NCBI GenBank assembly: GCA_965249285.1
Contig: OZ252226.1
Location: 419,095 to 483,094 of the forward strand
Source: Candidatus Foliamicus sp.
GTDB lineage: Bacteria > Pseudomonadota > Gammaproteobacteria > Steroidobacterales > Foliamicaceae
Direction of reading: 5' to 3'
Length of the DNA: 64,000 nucleotides
The notes beneath the pieces are model-generated. The model made no database searches, was not told where the DNA came from, and saw only the letters and a list, made by a program, of their open reading frames with translations. Below, piece by piece: positions 9,418 to 18,966 of the stretch. Both the position numbers and the translations under genes were made by a program. Within the stretch, counting starts at the first letter, position 1. Each line of letters begins with the position of its first letter.

Positions 9418-9695
9418 GCTGATTTCTGATGGGTAGCCAACAGTTCGTCCATCGTCGCCGGGCCAGGTTCCGGTAGCAGCGACTCAGTAGCCGCCAGATC
9501 TCCATAGGCCGAGGTCAGCATCAGGAACTGACGCAACGAAATCTCACCGCTCGTTTCGAACCGGCGAATCGTCGGCGCCGGCACGCCGCTAATCTCGCCG
9601 GCCTTTTGGCGGCTGTGCTTGCGGCTGCGGCGAAGCGTGCGCAGGCGCTTTGCCAGATCGATCTGCATTTCATAGGGAGTGCGGGGGAGATACAT
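9414..9695 (-). CDS. hipB: XRE-family HTH antitoxin (HipB-like)
   Basis: 93 aa. HTH segment SRQKAGEISGVPAPTIRRFE. Overlaps the hipA start by 4 nt. Confidence 0.75.
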   Translation of the reverse strand: MYLPRTPYEMQIDLAKRLRTLRRSRKHSRQKAGEISGVPAPTIRRFETSGEISLRQFLMLTSAYGDLAATESLLPEPGPATMDELLATHQKSA

Positions 9696-9777
9696 TGAGA
9701 TATCAAATCTTCGCTTTATAGCGCATTTATGAATATTATACGATCATATTCACTGCGCCGGCGGGCATTGAATAACG

Positions 9778-9832
9778 CTGGGAGGGAGGACATCCTGTCC
9801 TCCGCCGAGGGCTGGAAGCCCTCTTTCCCAGG
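9778..9832. repeat. REP-like structured palindromic element, copy 1
   Basis: Sequence ctgggagggaggacatcctgtcctccgccgagggctggaagccctctttcccagg. It has an outer stem CTGGGA.../...TCCCAG enclosing two hairpins (GGACA-tcc-TGTCC and GAGGGC-tggaa-GCCCTC). Related copies lie at 44717-44781 and 47951-48004. Confidence 0.7.
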
Positions 9833-9876
9833 GTCGTTCCATGCAAGAGTAAATACGCGATCCCCGTTCAGCAGGT

Positions 9877-10792
<916 letters not shown>

Positions 10793-10800
<8 letters not shown>

Positions 10801-11035
10801 CGAATTGGCCCTTGCGCTGGCGAGCCTGCCGTGAACCGGTCTTCATTCTCTCAATCAGCACGTCGTCGCTCAGTATTCCCGCCGCTTCCGCTTCATCGAC
10901 GAACTGGGCCTCCCTGATTCGTTCCAGCGCGGCCGTTTCAATAAGGTTCGACACAGGGCGGCGCTCGGCTGCCGCCGCTTCGCGGAACTCCGTGTACACG
11001 TCCTCTCCCAATCGCAAGGTAACGGACTTCGCCAT
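10793..11035 (-). CDS. Ribbon-helix-helix (CopG/ParD-like) antitoxin
   Basis: 80 aa. MAKSVTLRLGEDVYTEFREAAAAERRPVSNLIETAAL is an RHH N-terminus. Overlaps the start of the truncated toxin by 8 nt. Confidence 0.7.
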
Positions 11036-11331
11036 TTTCGCTTCTCCTGTCGCTGAACTGAGCGGCGCGGGACTGCCGGTTACCGGTCGCCATCACCCAA
11101 TCGGCCTTCGCGATCAAAGCGGCGCCTGACATCGAAACACCGGCATATTTGCACGTACGCCAGAATTTTAGCGGGTCTCCGCACGTAGTGCCGCGCTCAA
11201 AGGAATCTGCCGCCATAGATGGGTGGCCCGGATACAATTCACGTCTGACGGCCTGATCAGCGGACTAGCGCTGTCGTTCGGACGATCCGCCGCGCAGACT
11301 AATGCTCCCGTACGGTCGCCCGGACATCATC

Positions 11332-11423
<92 letters not shown>

Positions 11424-11448
11424 GCCGTTCCAAGTTTTCTTGGGTTTT

Positions 11449-11469
11449 GTTGCGGGATACTCCCGCAAC
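11449..11469. terminator. Stem-loop between tRNA-Ser and the convergent polysaccharide gene (possible terminator)
   Basis: GTTGCGGGA-tac-TCCCGCAAC, a perfect 9-bp stem. A T-rich tract precedes it rather than follows it on the plus strand, so function is uncertain. Confidence 0.25.
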
Positions 11470-11529
11470 CGTGTACGGCGTACCTAGATAAAACAGTGCC
11501 TTACGTATTCGCAACCTTTGGAGTTAGAT

Positions 11530-13845
11530 TCAATTTGGCACGAATTTGAAGGATTTGGAATTCCAACTGGCTTGGATTAGACCATCTGCCGGAAATGACG
11601 GTCGGCGCAATTCTGTCAGCTTGTGGGTGGAATAATGGCGTCGCAAGTGGCGATCTTTGACGGCTGACTGTGAGCCCGCTGCGTCCGCGTTGTATGTATC
11701 GACGGCAACCCGGCGCACGATCGCTGCTGCAGGCAGTGCGCGGAGAGCCAGCCGGCCCGCGAGTTTTTTTGAACGGGTCGGCCAATTATTCACGTGCAAT
11801 GTCATTGGTAGGTGCGGGATTGGGGTGGGCTCCCATGTTGCGCGACGGTGAACTAGCTTCTGGTCGACGAACCACCTGATTTCGCATGGATCCCATTCGA
11901 TCGTGAAATCATGCAAGGCCTTTGACGCATCAAATCCCAACTTGATGATAGCAGGCGTTCCCCGGAAGCCGTAGTCAAATTTCGCACCGTCGGTACCCGG
12001 GTTGTAGAACACATTGACCAGAAGCTGGTCTGGCCGATTCCCTAGTATTTCTACATCGATCTCCTGTCGGGGCGAGTCACGGTGGAGAAAGAAACCGGTC
12101 ACCAGGCCCGGAACATTCGTGGCTTGCAGCGTCGCTTCAAAACGCCCGTGCAGGAAACTGACGCGGCTCGAGATCGCTGCTGCGCTGAGATTCCGAACGC
12201 CAAGTGGCTCCTCGATGACTGCAAGTGAGAGACCGCCACTCGGTGCTGAGGTTACGTTAGCCGGACGAAAAAGCCCGAGGTTTCCAGGGAAGGTATCTCT
12301 TCGCAGCAGCCACCGCGCGGACTGGATTTGAGCTAGATCGTCCTCGAAGCACACCCGTAGAGAATCTGACGATTCCTGCCCCGCGAACGCGTTCGCGCTG
12401 ATTCCGGCCCAACCTGCGCTTGGCTTCGCAATCCACGGCGACGGGTCGTGCCGAAGCCACCTTGCAGGAGCGGCCATTTTTCTGGCGGGCGGTACTCGCT
12501 GGTGCCTTCCCAGTCCAATGTCGCGAACAGCCGGGTATTGCGCGTCCGGCGGTGCCAGCCTCAAGTGCTCACAAAGTGCACGCCAACGGCTGGTGAGTTC
12601 GCGATGCAAATGAAGGACATCGGCCCTTTCCAAGGCGTCTAGTATGGCGGCATTGTTGCGATCAGCGGAATTCGCTACGTCGTCGATCACAATGTACTTG
12701 GCGCTCGGGTAGCGCTGGGTGAGCGCTCGTATCTGCGGTCCTAGAGAAACTATGTTGACGTAAGCATCGAAAACGCGATCATTACGACCTGCGAGCAGGT
12801 TCTCAAATTCACATTCCGGGATATCGTCAAAATCGCTGCAACAACGATAACCAAGCATCGAGAGGGCCATTGCAAGCGATGACAGCCCAGATCCCGAGGC
12901 TCCGAATGCGAAAACCGGAGAATGGATCGGCCGCCTATGAAAAAGGGCCGCGTCGCCGCTATCGAGAATGCCAATCCGGCTGAGTGCCGGCAGGATCGAG
13001 TATGAATTCGTCGAGTGGAGATCGCGACGTTGGTTGATCACTGAGCGGCGTAACGCCCGAATCTCCAGCTCTCGGAACTTGTGATTGATCCAGAGGTCGA
13101 TCGGGCCGCGGCACGGAAGAAGGTCAAGCAGCGCCTGGGCCCCCTTCTTCGACAGCACGTAACCAGACAAGTACCAGAGACCGCGTTCCGGCCGAAACAC
13201 ATTCTTCGAAACTAGTTCCTTTGGAGCACCGTGGCGCACCTCCCCGTACGACACGTACAAGACATCGAACCTTGGGCTGGCCCGGTCAGCATCTTCCATC
13301 TCGCGCCACGCCTGCTCGAGAATCCGTCCAAAGTTGCGCTTGAACCAGACGTCGTCCTCAAGCACTAGAGCATAGGAAGCACTGGACTGCACGATCGCTT
13401 TCCAGACGCCGATGTGTGAGCACGCAACGGCGATCTCTGCCTGACTCATCCTAATCGGGCGTCCAAGGTCAAATGCATCCTGGGCTGCATGAGGTTGCGG
13501 TTCGACGAATAGCTGGTCGCCGAGAGTGTAATACGGGTCGACATCGGCGCCATCAAGGAATTCTGGAGGATCGTCCTGCGCGTCACATGCGGAGTATCGA
13601 ACGACGCGCTCCGAAAGCGGCTTGCCGGGGGCGTCTAAGATGCAATCGAGCTCGCGCACCATATCAGCCCAACGATTCGATTGTCGGTCCAAGTTGATGA
13701 CGAAAATCGGGCCGATACCCGATTGCTGAGCATCCGAGACCTCCGAGAAAGTACGGCACCACTGCCGCGGTAGGCGCGATCGGCATTGCAAAAATAGGAT
13801 GTGGAGAAGGCGCGACGCTGAACGCAGCGGTTTCGAAAGGTTCAT
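11530..13845 (-). CDS. Three-domain polysaccharide-modifying protein: GT25 glycosyltransferase + sulfotransferase-like + GH16 glycanase
   Basis: N-terminal domain: IFVINLDRQSNRW...SQAEIAVACSHIGVWK...ALVLEDDVWF (GT25). Middle domain: FAFGASGSGLSSLAMALSMLGYRCC (Sulfotransfer_4-like P-loop region). C-terminal domain: GRFEATLQ...GFFLHRDSPRQEIDVEILG...DFTIEWDPCEIRWFVD (GH16, ExDxE). Start placed at the ATG at 13845 (MNLSKPL), which avoids overlap with the upstream gene. Confidence 0.8.
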   Translation of the reverse strand: MNLSKPLRSASRLLHILFLQCRSRLPRQWCRTFSEVSDAQQSGIGPIFVINLDRQSNRWADMVRELDCILDAPGKPLSERVVRYSACDAQDDPPEFLDGADVDPYYTLGDQLFVEPQPHAAQDAFDLGRPIRMSQAEIAVACSHIGVWKAIVQSSASYALVLEDDVWFKRNFGRILEQAWREMEDADRASPRFDVLYVSYGEVRHGAPKELVSKNVFRPERGLWYLSGYVLSKKGAQALLDLLPCRGPIDLWINHKFRELEIRALRRSVINQRRDLHSTNSYSILPALSRIGILDSGDAALFHRRPIHSPVFAFGASGSGLSSLAMALSMLGYRCCSDFDDIPECEFENLLAGRNDRVFDAYVNIVSLGPQIRALTQRYPSAKYIVIDDVANSADRNNAAILDALERADVLHLHRELTSRWRALCEHLRLAPPDAQYPAVRDIGLGRHQRVPPARKMAAPARWLRHDPSPWIAKPSAGWAGISANAFAGQESSDSLRVCFEDDLAQIQSARWLLRRDTFPGNLGLFRPANVTSAPSGGLSLAVIEEPLGVRNLSAAAISSRVSFLHGRFEATLQATNVPGLVTGFFLHRDSPRQEIDVEILGNRPDQLLVNVFYNPGTDGAKFDYGFRGTPAIIKLGFDASKALHDFTIEWDPCEIRWFVDQKLVHRRATWEPTPIPHLPMTLHVNNWPTRSKKLAGRLALRALPAAAIVRRVAVDTYNADAAGSQSAVKDRHLRRHYSTHKLTELRRPSFPADGLIQASWNSKSFKFVPN

Positions 13846-13852
13846 TTGGCGA

Positions 13853-14695
13853 CTATCGGTCCTTACGATCGAATCTCTTTTGATTGGATAAGCGCCAATT
13901 TCGGGCATCGCCGCGATGACTTAATGGCCATTGAGAGACGGCAATTGAATCCCAGTCTCGCAATACAACTAGATCGCTTTCAACACCGCCCTCCGACATC
14001 GTGCCAAGATCGAAAATCGACTTCGAAAGATTCCCCGGCCCGGTCGTCGTCTGAATCTCAGGCAAAGTGTCCTCGCCAGCCAGTTCAAGGAGACTTGTTG
14101 TCTGACTGAGCGCACGTTCGATGATCGGATGACCCCGGCTTGCAACGAGTGGGTTGTTGTTGAAGTAGAAAATCCAGTTCGGGTCGTAGGCATCAGCACA
14201 AAGAAATACGGAAGGCTCCACCATTGCCCCAGAAGCGATGTTGTAGCAGAGGGGATGGAGTTTGAGCCGACCGTCCTCGAACAGCCAGCCTATGTCGGCA
14301 CCAACACAGACGTCGTCCGCATCGACATAGAAGCCACCTTCGACTAGCAAGTAGCAAAGCCGGAAGTAGTCGGCCTGCATCGCCGGGTGGTAGCAGCGTT
14401 CGAAGGCGCACTCGTGTCGCGTACCCAACGAACCACCGATGAAAGCCTTGGCAGCGTGCTCGTCGAATAAGCGGTGCGTGAAGCCGCTCGTCTCCCAACG
14501 GGTCCACGAGGCAATGCATTCCTCGACATCGTGTGGCAACTGCCGAAGGTCATGCCAAAATTGCACGATCGTTCTGGGTATCGGATGCCCGTACGGATCA
14601 TTGACGGAGTGCTGACCTAAGCGGCGTTGCACCAGCTTTCTGATGAAGTCCGAGCGCTGCCGATGGTGCTCGGGACTGTCGGGCTCCTGTTGCAT
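13853..14695 (-). CDS. Glycosyltransferase, GT32-like (DXD sugar-binding region)
   Basis: IPRTIVQFWHD...AMQADYFRLCYLLVEGGFYVDADDV is typical of the Gly_transf_sug / OCH1-like family. Confidence 0.75.
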   Translation of the reverse strand: MQQEPDSPEHHRQRSDFIRKLVQRRLGQHSVNDPYGHPIPRTIVQFWHDLRQLPHDVEECIASWTRWETSGFTHRLFDEHAAKAFIGGSLGTRHECAFERCYHPAMQADYFRLCYLLVEGGFYVDADDVCVGADIGWLFEDGRLKLHPLCYNIASGAMVEPSVFLCADAYDPNWIFYFNNNPLVASRGHPIIERALSQTTSLLELAGEDTLPEIQTTTGPGNLSKSIFDLGTMSEGGVESDLVVLRDWDSIAVSQWPLSHRGDARNWRLSNQKRFDRKDR

Positions 14696-15060
14696 TAAGT
14701 TCCACTGCCGTTGAGAGGAGGCTTTAGCTCACGCTGGTGACTGCAAATTCGTGGGGCTACTTTGTGGGCCCTGTACTGTACCCACAAAGTTGTCTTTGCG
14801 CGACAAGGAGAAGGCGCGCCCAGGTGCACCTCAACATTGACCGTCTGCCAGAGCCCGCTGTCGCGCCACTCGTAGAAGTCGCGTTGCACCGTCGAGACCT
14901 GCGGGAAGTCTCTGGATTGATCTTTCCCCATTTTCCGGGCCAGTTCGTTAGCGAATTTCTGACCTTCTGAGGGGCCTCTCATATGCTGATCCTCCCACAT
15001 CCAGGATCCAGGGTGGCTCGGGCCGGGGGGAACGGTCAACTGGTCGTTCCGCGCACTCAT
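14695..15060 (-). pseudogene. IS5-family (DUF4096-type) transposase remnant
   Basis: FPQVSTVQRDFYEWRDSGLWQTVN...RAKTT resembles the conserved N-terminal region of IS5-family transposases (TVY.YF.RW..G.W ... DSQSVKTT). It is degenerate and short. Confidence 0.4.
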
Positions 15061-15205
15061 AATCTGAAAGTGTCGGCTCCGAAGGAATGCCGGTTTTTTG
15101 TCTCACCAGAAGGAATAGGGAAAGAAAAAAGAGGTTTGGCAAAAAGGAACGATGTGATAAATTACATCAATAGTATGATTTTTTCACACACCCTTGGAGG
15201 CTGAA

Positions 15206-15466
15206 ATGGGGAAGACGACCCGCAAAACCATCACCGTTACCGACCAGCAAGACAAATGGATTAAGGCGCAGATCGAGGGTGGGGACTTTACGAATAATAG
15301 TGAATATTTCAGAGATCTGATCCGGCGTGACCAGGCCCGAAATTCCGAAATCGACGCTATTCGCGGCGAGTTAATCATTGGCGAGCAGAGCGGAGAACCA
15401 CAGCCGTTTGACGGCGGCCTGTTCAAAGAAGAAATGGCTGCCAAACATGCCAGCAAAGCCCGCTGA
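15206..15466 (+). CDS. parD: ParD-family antitoxin
   Basis: MGKTTRKTITVTDQQDKWIKAQIEGGDFTNNSEYFRDLIRRD. GGAGG lies 5-6 nt upstream of the ATG at 15206. Confidence 0.85.
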   Translation: MGKTTRKTITVTDQQDKWIKAQIEGGDFTNNSEYFRDLIRRDQARNSEIDAIRGELIIGEQSGEPQPFDGGLFKEEMAAKHASKAR

Positions 15467-15749
15467 ATATCGGTTAGCACCGGAAGCCAATCGCGATATG
15501 GAAACTATTTGGCTTTACACGCTGGAAGAATAGGGTCTGGAACAGGCCAATCGTTACACGGACGAGTTGACTGAGGCGTTTGGTCAACTGGCCGCAGAAC
15601 CGAATATGGCCACACCTTGCGATCACATTCGCAAAGGGTATCGGCGCAGCAGAGTAGGGCGGCACGCGGTCTACTTCCGGGTGACGGATTACGGAATTGC
15701 AGTGGTCCGAGTGCTGCATGATCGGATGTTATCAACGAGGCATTTGTAG
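15447..15749 (+). pseudogene. parE: ParE-family toxin with in-frame TAG
   Basis: Frame from the ATG at 15447: MPAKPAEYRLAPEANRDMETIWLYTLEE-TAG(15531)-GLEQANRYTDEL...GRHAVYFRVTDYGIAVVRVLHDRM. The stop replaces the conserved Trp of the WG motif (TGG to TAG). Confidence 0.8.
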
Positions 15750-16046
15750 GGAGACGGGGCAGGGTGATGGACCATAAGCACAAACATTTGGAGCTGATAG
15801 AGGTGGACCCCATTCGTTGCACAACTTGGCAGCAAAAATAAGGTGTAGTCGGGTTGTTGTAGATGGATGCTGCCGATGATACGGGGAAGTTCGGATATTC
15901 GCACTCGGCGCTGCCGCGCTGATTTCCTTTGTGCCAGTTGAACCGAGCCGTCAACGGTGGTGCTGAACCCGCGGGCTGCCGGTCATTGATGGCCGGAAGC
16001 GTGCTTGCGGCCCTGCCGAACCTCATCGCTGTGGCTTGCGGGTTCA

Positions 16047-16898
16047 TCACGCGGCTTGCCTCAGCAGCGGCTGCATGTAGGCTTCAAAGGGGGTCCGCCC
16101 ACCTAAGCTCGAATGAGGACGCGCCCGGTTGTAGTAGTGGATCCACTGGCTAATCTGATCGCTGGCGTCGCGCATGGATTCAAACGCGTTCAGATACACG
16201 CACTCCTGCTTGAGTGATCGCCACAGCCGCTCAATAAACACATGGTCCAGCCACCGGCCTTTGCCATCCATGGAAATCCGAATGCCGGCAGCCTTCAAAG
16301 CTTCGGTCCAATCCCGGCTGGTGAACTGGCTGCCCTGGTCGGTATTGAAGATCTCCGGGGCGCGGTGGCGGTCCAGGGCGTCGTGCAAGGCTTCCAGGCA
16401 AAAGTCCGCGTCCTGGGTGGTGGACAGTTGCCACGTCAACACGCACCGCGAATACCAGTCCATAACCGCCACCAGATACAAAAACCCCCGCGCCATGGGG
16501 ATGTAGGTCACATCCGCGCACCAGACCTAATCGGGCCGATGGACGTTCAAATCCCGCAGCAGGTACGGATAAACCGGGTGCGCCGGCGCGCGCCGGGAGG
16601 GGTTCGGCCCCGGCGCCAAGGACCGCAACCCCATCACGCGCATCCCCCGGCGCACCCGTTTGCGGCCCACGCCATACCCCATCCGCCGCAAGACGCGAAC
16701 CATCTGACGCGAGCCATACCAGGGCGTACGCAGATACTGCTCGTCCATACGGCGCATCAACTCCAGATTGAAATCCGACTCGCCTTGGGGCGTGTAATAC
16801 ACGCTCCTGCGGCTGACGCCCAACAGAACGCTCTGGCGCGACACGCCCAACGCCGGGGACGCCCGATCCACCATCCTTCGCCTTCGCCCGACACTCAT
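16047..16898 (-). pseudogene. IS3-family transposase OrfB (DDE integrase core) with in-frame TAG
   Basis: ...YPYLLRDLNVHRPD-TAG(16527-16529)-VWCADVTYIPMARGFLYLVAVMDWYSR...NTDQGSQFTS...YNRARPHSSLGGRTP. The stop sits where Gln (CAG) is expected in the RPNQVW motif. Confidence 0.85.
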
Positions 16899-17173
16899 CG
16901 ATCGAAGGCCCTGGATAAAAAATCCCGCTCCACCACCAGCTCGCCGATCTTCGCCCGCAGCGTCTTGATCTCCGCGTCCTGATCCACCGGCCTCAAGCGC
17001 CCGGAAACGAAGCTCGCCTTGACCCCGTCCATTGCCTGACGCTTCCATTTGGAGATCATGTTCGGGTGCATCCCATAGCGGCTCGATAGCTCCGCTATCG
17101 TGCCGTCGCCTCGGATCGCCGCCAACGCTACCCGCGCCTTGAAAACCGCCGAATACTGCTTCCTCTTCGTCAT
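16895..17173 (-). CDS. IS3-family transposase OrfA
   Basis: 92 aa. MTKRKQYSAVFKARVALAAIRGDGTIAELSSRYGMHPNMISKWKRQ plus a coiled-coil tail. A T-run (gattttttatcc) near its 3' end is a candidate -1 frameshift site into OrfB. Confidence 0.9.
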   Translation of the reverse strand: MTKRKQYSAVFKARVALAAIRGDGTIAELSSRYGMHPNMISKWKRQAMDGVKASFVSGRLRPVDQDAEIKTLRAKIGELVVERDFLSRAFDR

Positions 17174-17242
17174 GCCGATAGGCTCCTTTCGCCAATCGAC
17201 TACACCTTAAGACATTGTGCAAATTTTGGGGTCCACTTCTCA

Positions 17243-17663
17243 GCGCGTTCTCGAACATTACGACCAGCCCTTCGAGGGCTGGGAGAAGTTAAGTTTTGTC
17301 GGCCAATTCCTAGGCGTCGACCGCTACAAGATTCGCGGACAGCTACAGTGGCGAAAGGACCGCCTTTCCGCCACGATGTCGATCCACCATACGCCGGGCT
17401 ATCTTGGCAACTACTTCGAACGAGATCGGTTCAGGGACATTCCGAGCATGGAGGTGAGTTCCTACACGACGATTGATCTCGTGGCGACCTACAAGTTCGA
17501 CAACGGCCTAGTGCTGCGGGCGGGCGGACGCAACATTTTCGACAAAGCCTACCCATTCGTTATGAGCCGTGAAGGACAGTCGTACGACTCGCAGCGCGTC
17601 GATGTGCGTGGCCGCGTGCTGCTCCTCGAGGGAACTTGGGATTTCGGTCTGGGGATCGGCTAG
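17243..17663 (+). pseudogene. TonB-dependent receptor, C-terminal fragment
   Basis: ...SYTTIDLVATYKFDNGLVLRAGGRNIFDKAYPF...GRVLLLEGTWDF is the terminal beta-barrel region of a TBDR. It begins directly at the IS3 terminus (17242). No N-terminal part lies on the other side of the IS. Confidence 0.75.
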
Positions 17664-17778
17664 CGCCGGGGCAACCTTCCACCACGCCTCCACTTTGCGG
17701 GAGCGCGAATCGGTCAGGGGCGGGGACGCGCCTGACGGGTAACCGCCTGCCAGGCTTGGGCTTCGTAACGTTCCCATC

Positions 17779-18966
17779 TCAATGCGAATATTTCACGCGT
17801 AATTGCACAGCCACAAACGCCGCGAGCGCCACGCCCAAGGCCAGAGGCAACCAGAGAATCTGATCAAGACTCAAGACGATCAGGCCAATTAACAGGAATT
17901 GAAGCACCAATAGACTAAACAGGATCCAACCAAATATTCCCGTTGACCAAACGTAATACCGCAGCAGATTTTGACCAGCCATCATGCCAAAGAACACAAT
18001 GAACATGCCTACCAATCGTCCATCTTCAATCACATCCGGCAACCAAGGTGTAGCCAACATTATGACCAAAGACAAGACAGCAAATACAGCGAGCAGAATC
18101 CAGCTCACGAGTATCGAATCTCGTTTGTTCCGCTCGCGATCACCGGCTTGCCGGCAATAACGCGCGTAGCGCCGATTCACCAGGACCATGCCGAGTTGCC
18201 ACACTGCCTCGCCCAAGCTGAGCGCAAACGCAATGGCATCAAGCCCATCGGTCTTTTTGAACAACGTAGGCCAAACAATCAATGCCCTCATGCTACCCAG
18301 CATCGCCAGGTTGCTTGCGAGTTTGAATCGACCCGCACGAATGGCCGGCCACAGTTGTCTGGCTCCATCTGACAGGCGACGGTATCCAATTCGCAATGCC
18401 AAGGCCGCTTTCCGCACAGCAATGATCTGAGCAAACAGTAAACTGGCCCACATCAGGATCAGCAGACGATCCGCTTGCCATTGCGTGGGCCACAGCGCCA
18501 TAAGGAAAAACACAGGCCAGTGGCAGTTGGCCAGTAACTCATAGGATCGGACATCCACCGATCTCACCAGCCCGCCCAGCAAACTGTGGGCGCCATAACC
18601 AAGTGACAGGCAAGCTACCGCAAAGATCAACTCGCCGGACAACACATAAAACAATGCGGCAACCAAAGCGAGAAGCGCGACGCCGCTATACAGTGGAACC
18701 CACGCCTGAGCGACCTCTCTCTTGCCCTTCACGTACAGGGGTAACTCGTCCTCGAGACCGACCGCCATAAGCCGGGAAGCCATTAAAGCGGTCGTCGAGA
18801 AGAACACGAACCGGCCAAGTTCACCATCGGGAAGCGATGGGCACACCACAAACAGGAATCCAGCCCGCGCCGCAAGGGATACCAACTTCCATGCGGCTCC
18901 GTAGCGAAATTCGGCCAGGACCGATTGAATGAGTGCGGCCAAATTGTTGCGGCCGTCCATCTTCAT
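17779..18966 (-). CDS. Polytopic membrane protein, probable Wzx-like flippase
   Basis: 395 aa with about 10-12 hydrophobic segments. It sits directly downstream of and overlapping the Wzy-like gene in the polysaccharide locus. The assignment rests on context and topology only. Confidence 0.5.
   Translation of the reverse strand: MKMDGRNNLAALIQSVLAEFRYGAAWKLVSLAARAGFLFVVCPSLPDGELGRFVFFSTTALMASRLMAVGLEDELPLYVKGKREVAQAWVPLYSGVALLALVAALFYVLSGELIFAVACLSLGYGAHSLLGGLVRSVDVRSYELLANCHWPVFFLMALWPTQWQADRLLILMWASLLFAQIIAVRKAALALRIGYRRLSDGARQLWPAIRAGRFKLASNLAMLGSMRALIVWPTLFKKTDGLDAIAFALSLGEAVWQLGMVLVNRRYARYCRQAGDRERNKRDSILVSWILLAVFAVLSLVIMLATPWLPDVIEDGRLVGMFIVFFGMMAGQNLLRYYVWSTGIFGWILFSLLVLQFLLIGLIVLSLDQILWLPLALGVALAAFVAVQLRVKYSH

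Larger units (their letters stand above)
15795..17242 (-). mobile_element. IS3-family insertion sequence with inactivated OrfB
   Basis: One terminus is TGAGAAGTGGACCCCAAAATTTGCACAATGTCTTAAGGTGTAGTCG (minus strand, from 17242). The other is TGATAGAGGTGGACCCCATTCGTTGCACAA...TAAGGTGTAGTCG (plus strand, from 15795). OrfA and OrfB lie inside. No matching target-site duplication was seen. Confidence 0.75.

Noticed and set aside
15531-15533. In-frame TAG codons (also 16527-16529) as programmed recoding or suppression
   Set aside because: Only two cases, both in genes whose loss is advantageous (a toxin and a transposase). No Pyl machinery or suppressor tRNA is in the window. Ordinary nonsense mutations are the simpler explanation.
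15931-15945. Weak match (TGCCAGTTGAACC) first considered as the distal end of the IS3 element
   Set aside because: A much longer and better match to the other terminus starts at 15795 (TGATAGAGGTGGACCCCA...TAAGGTGTAGTCG).
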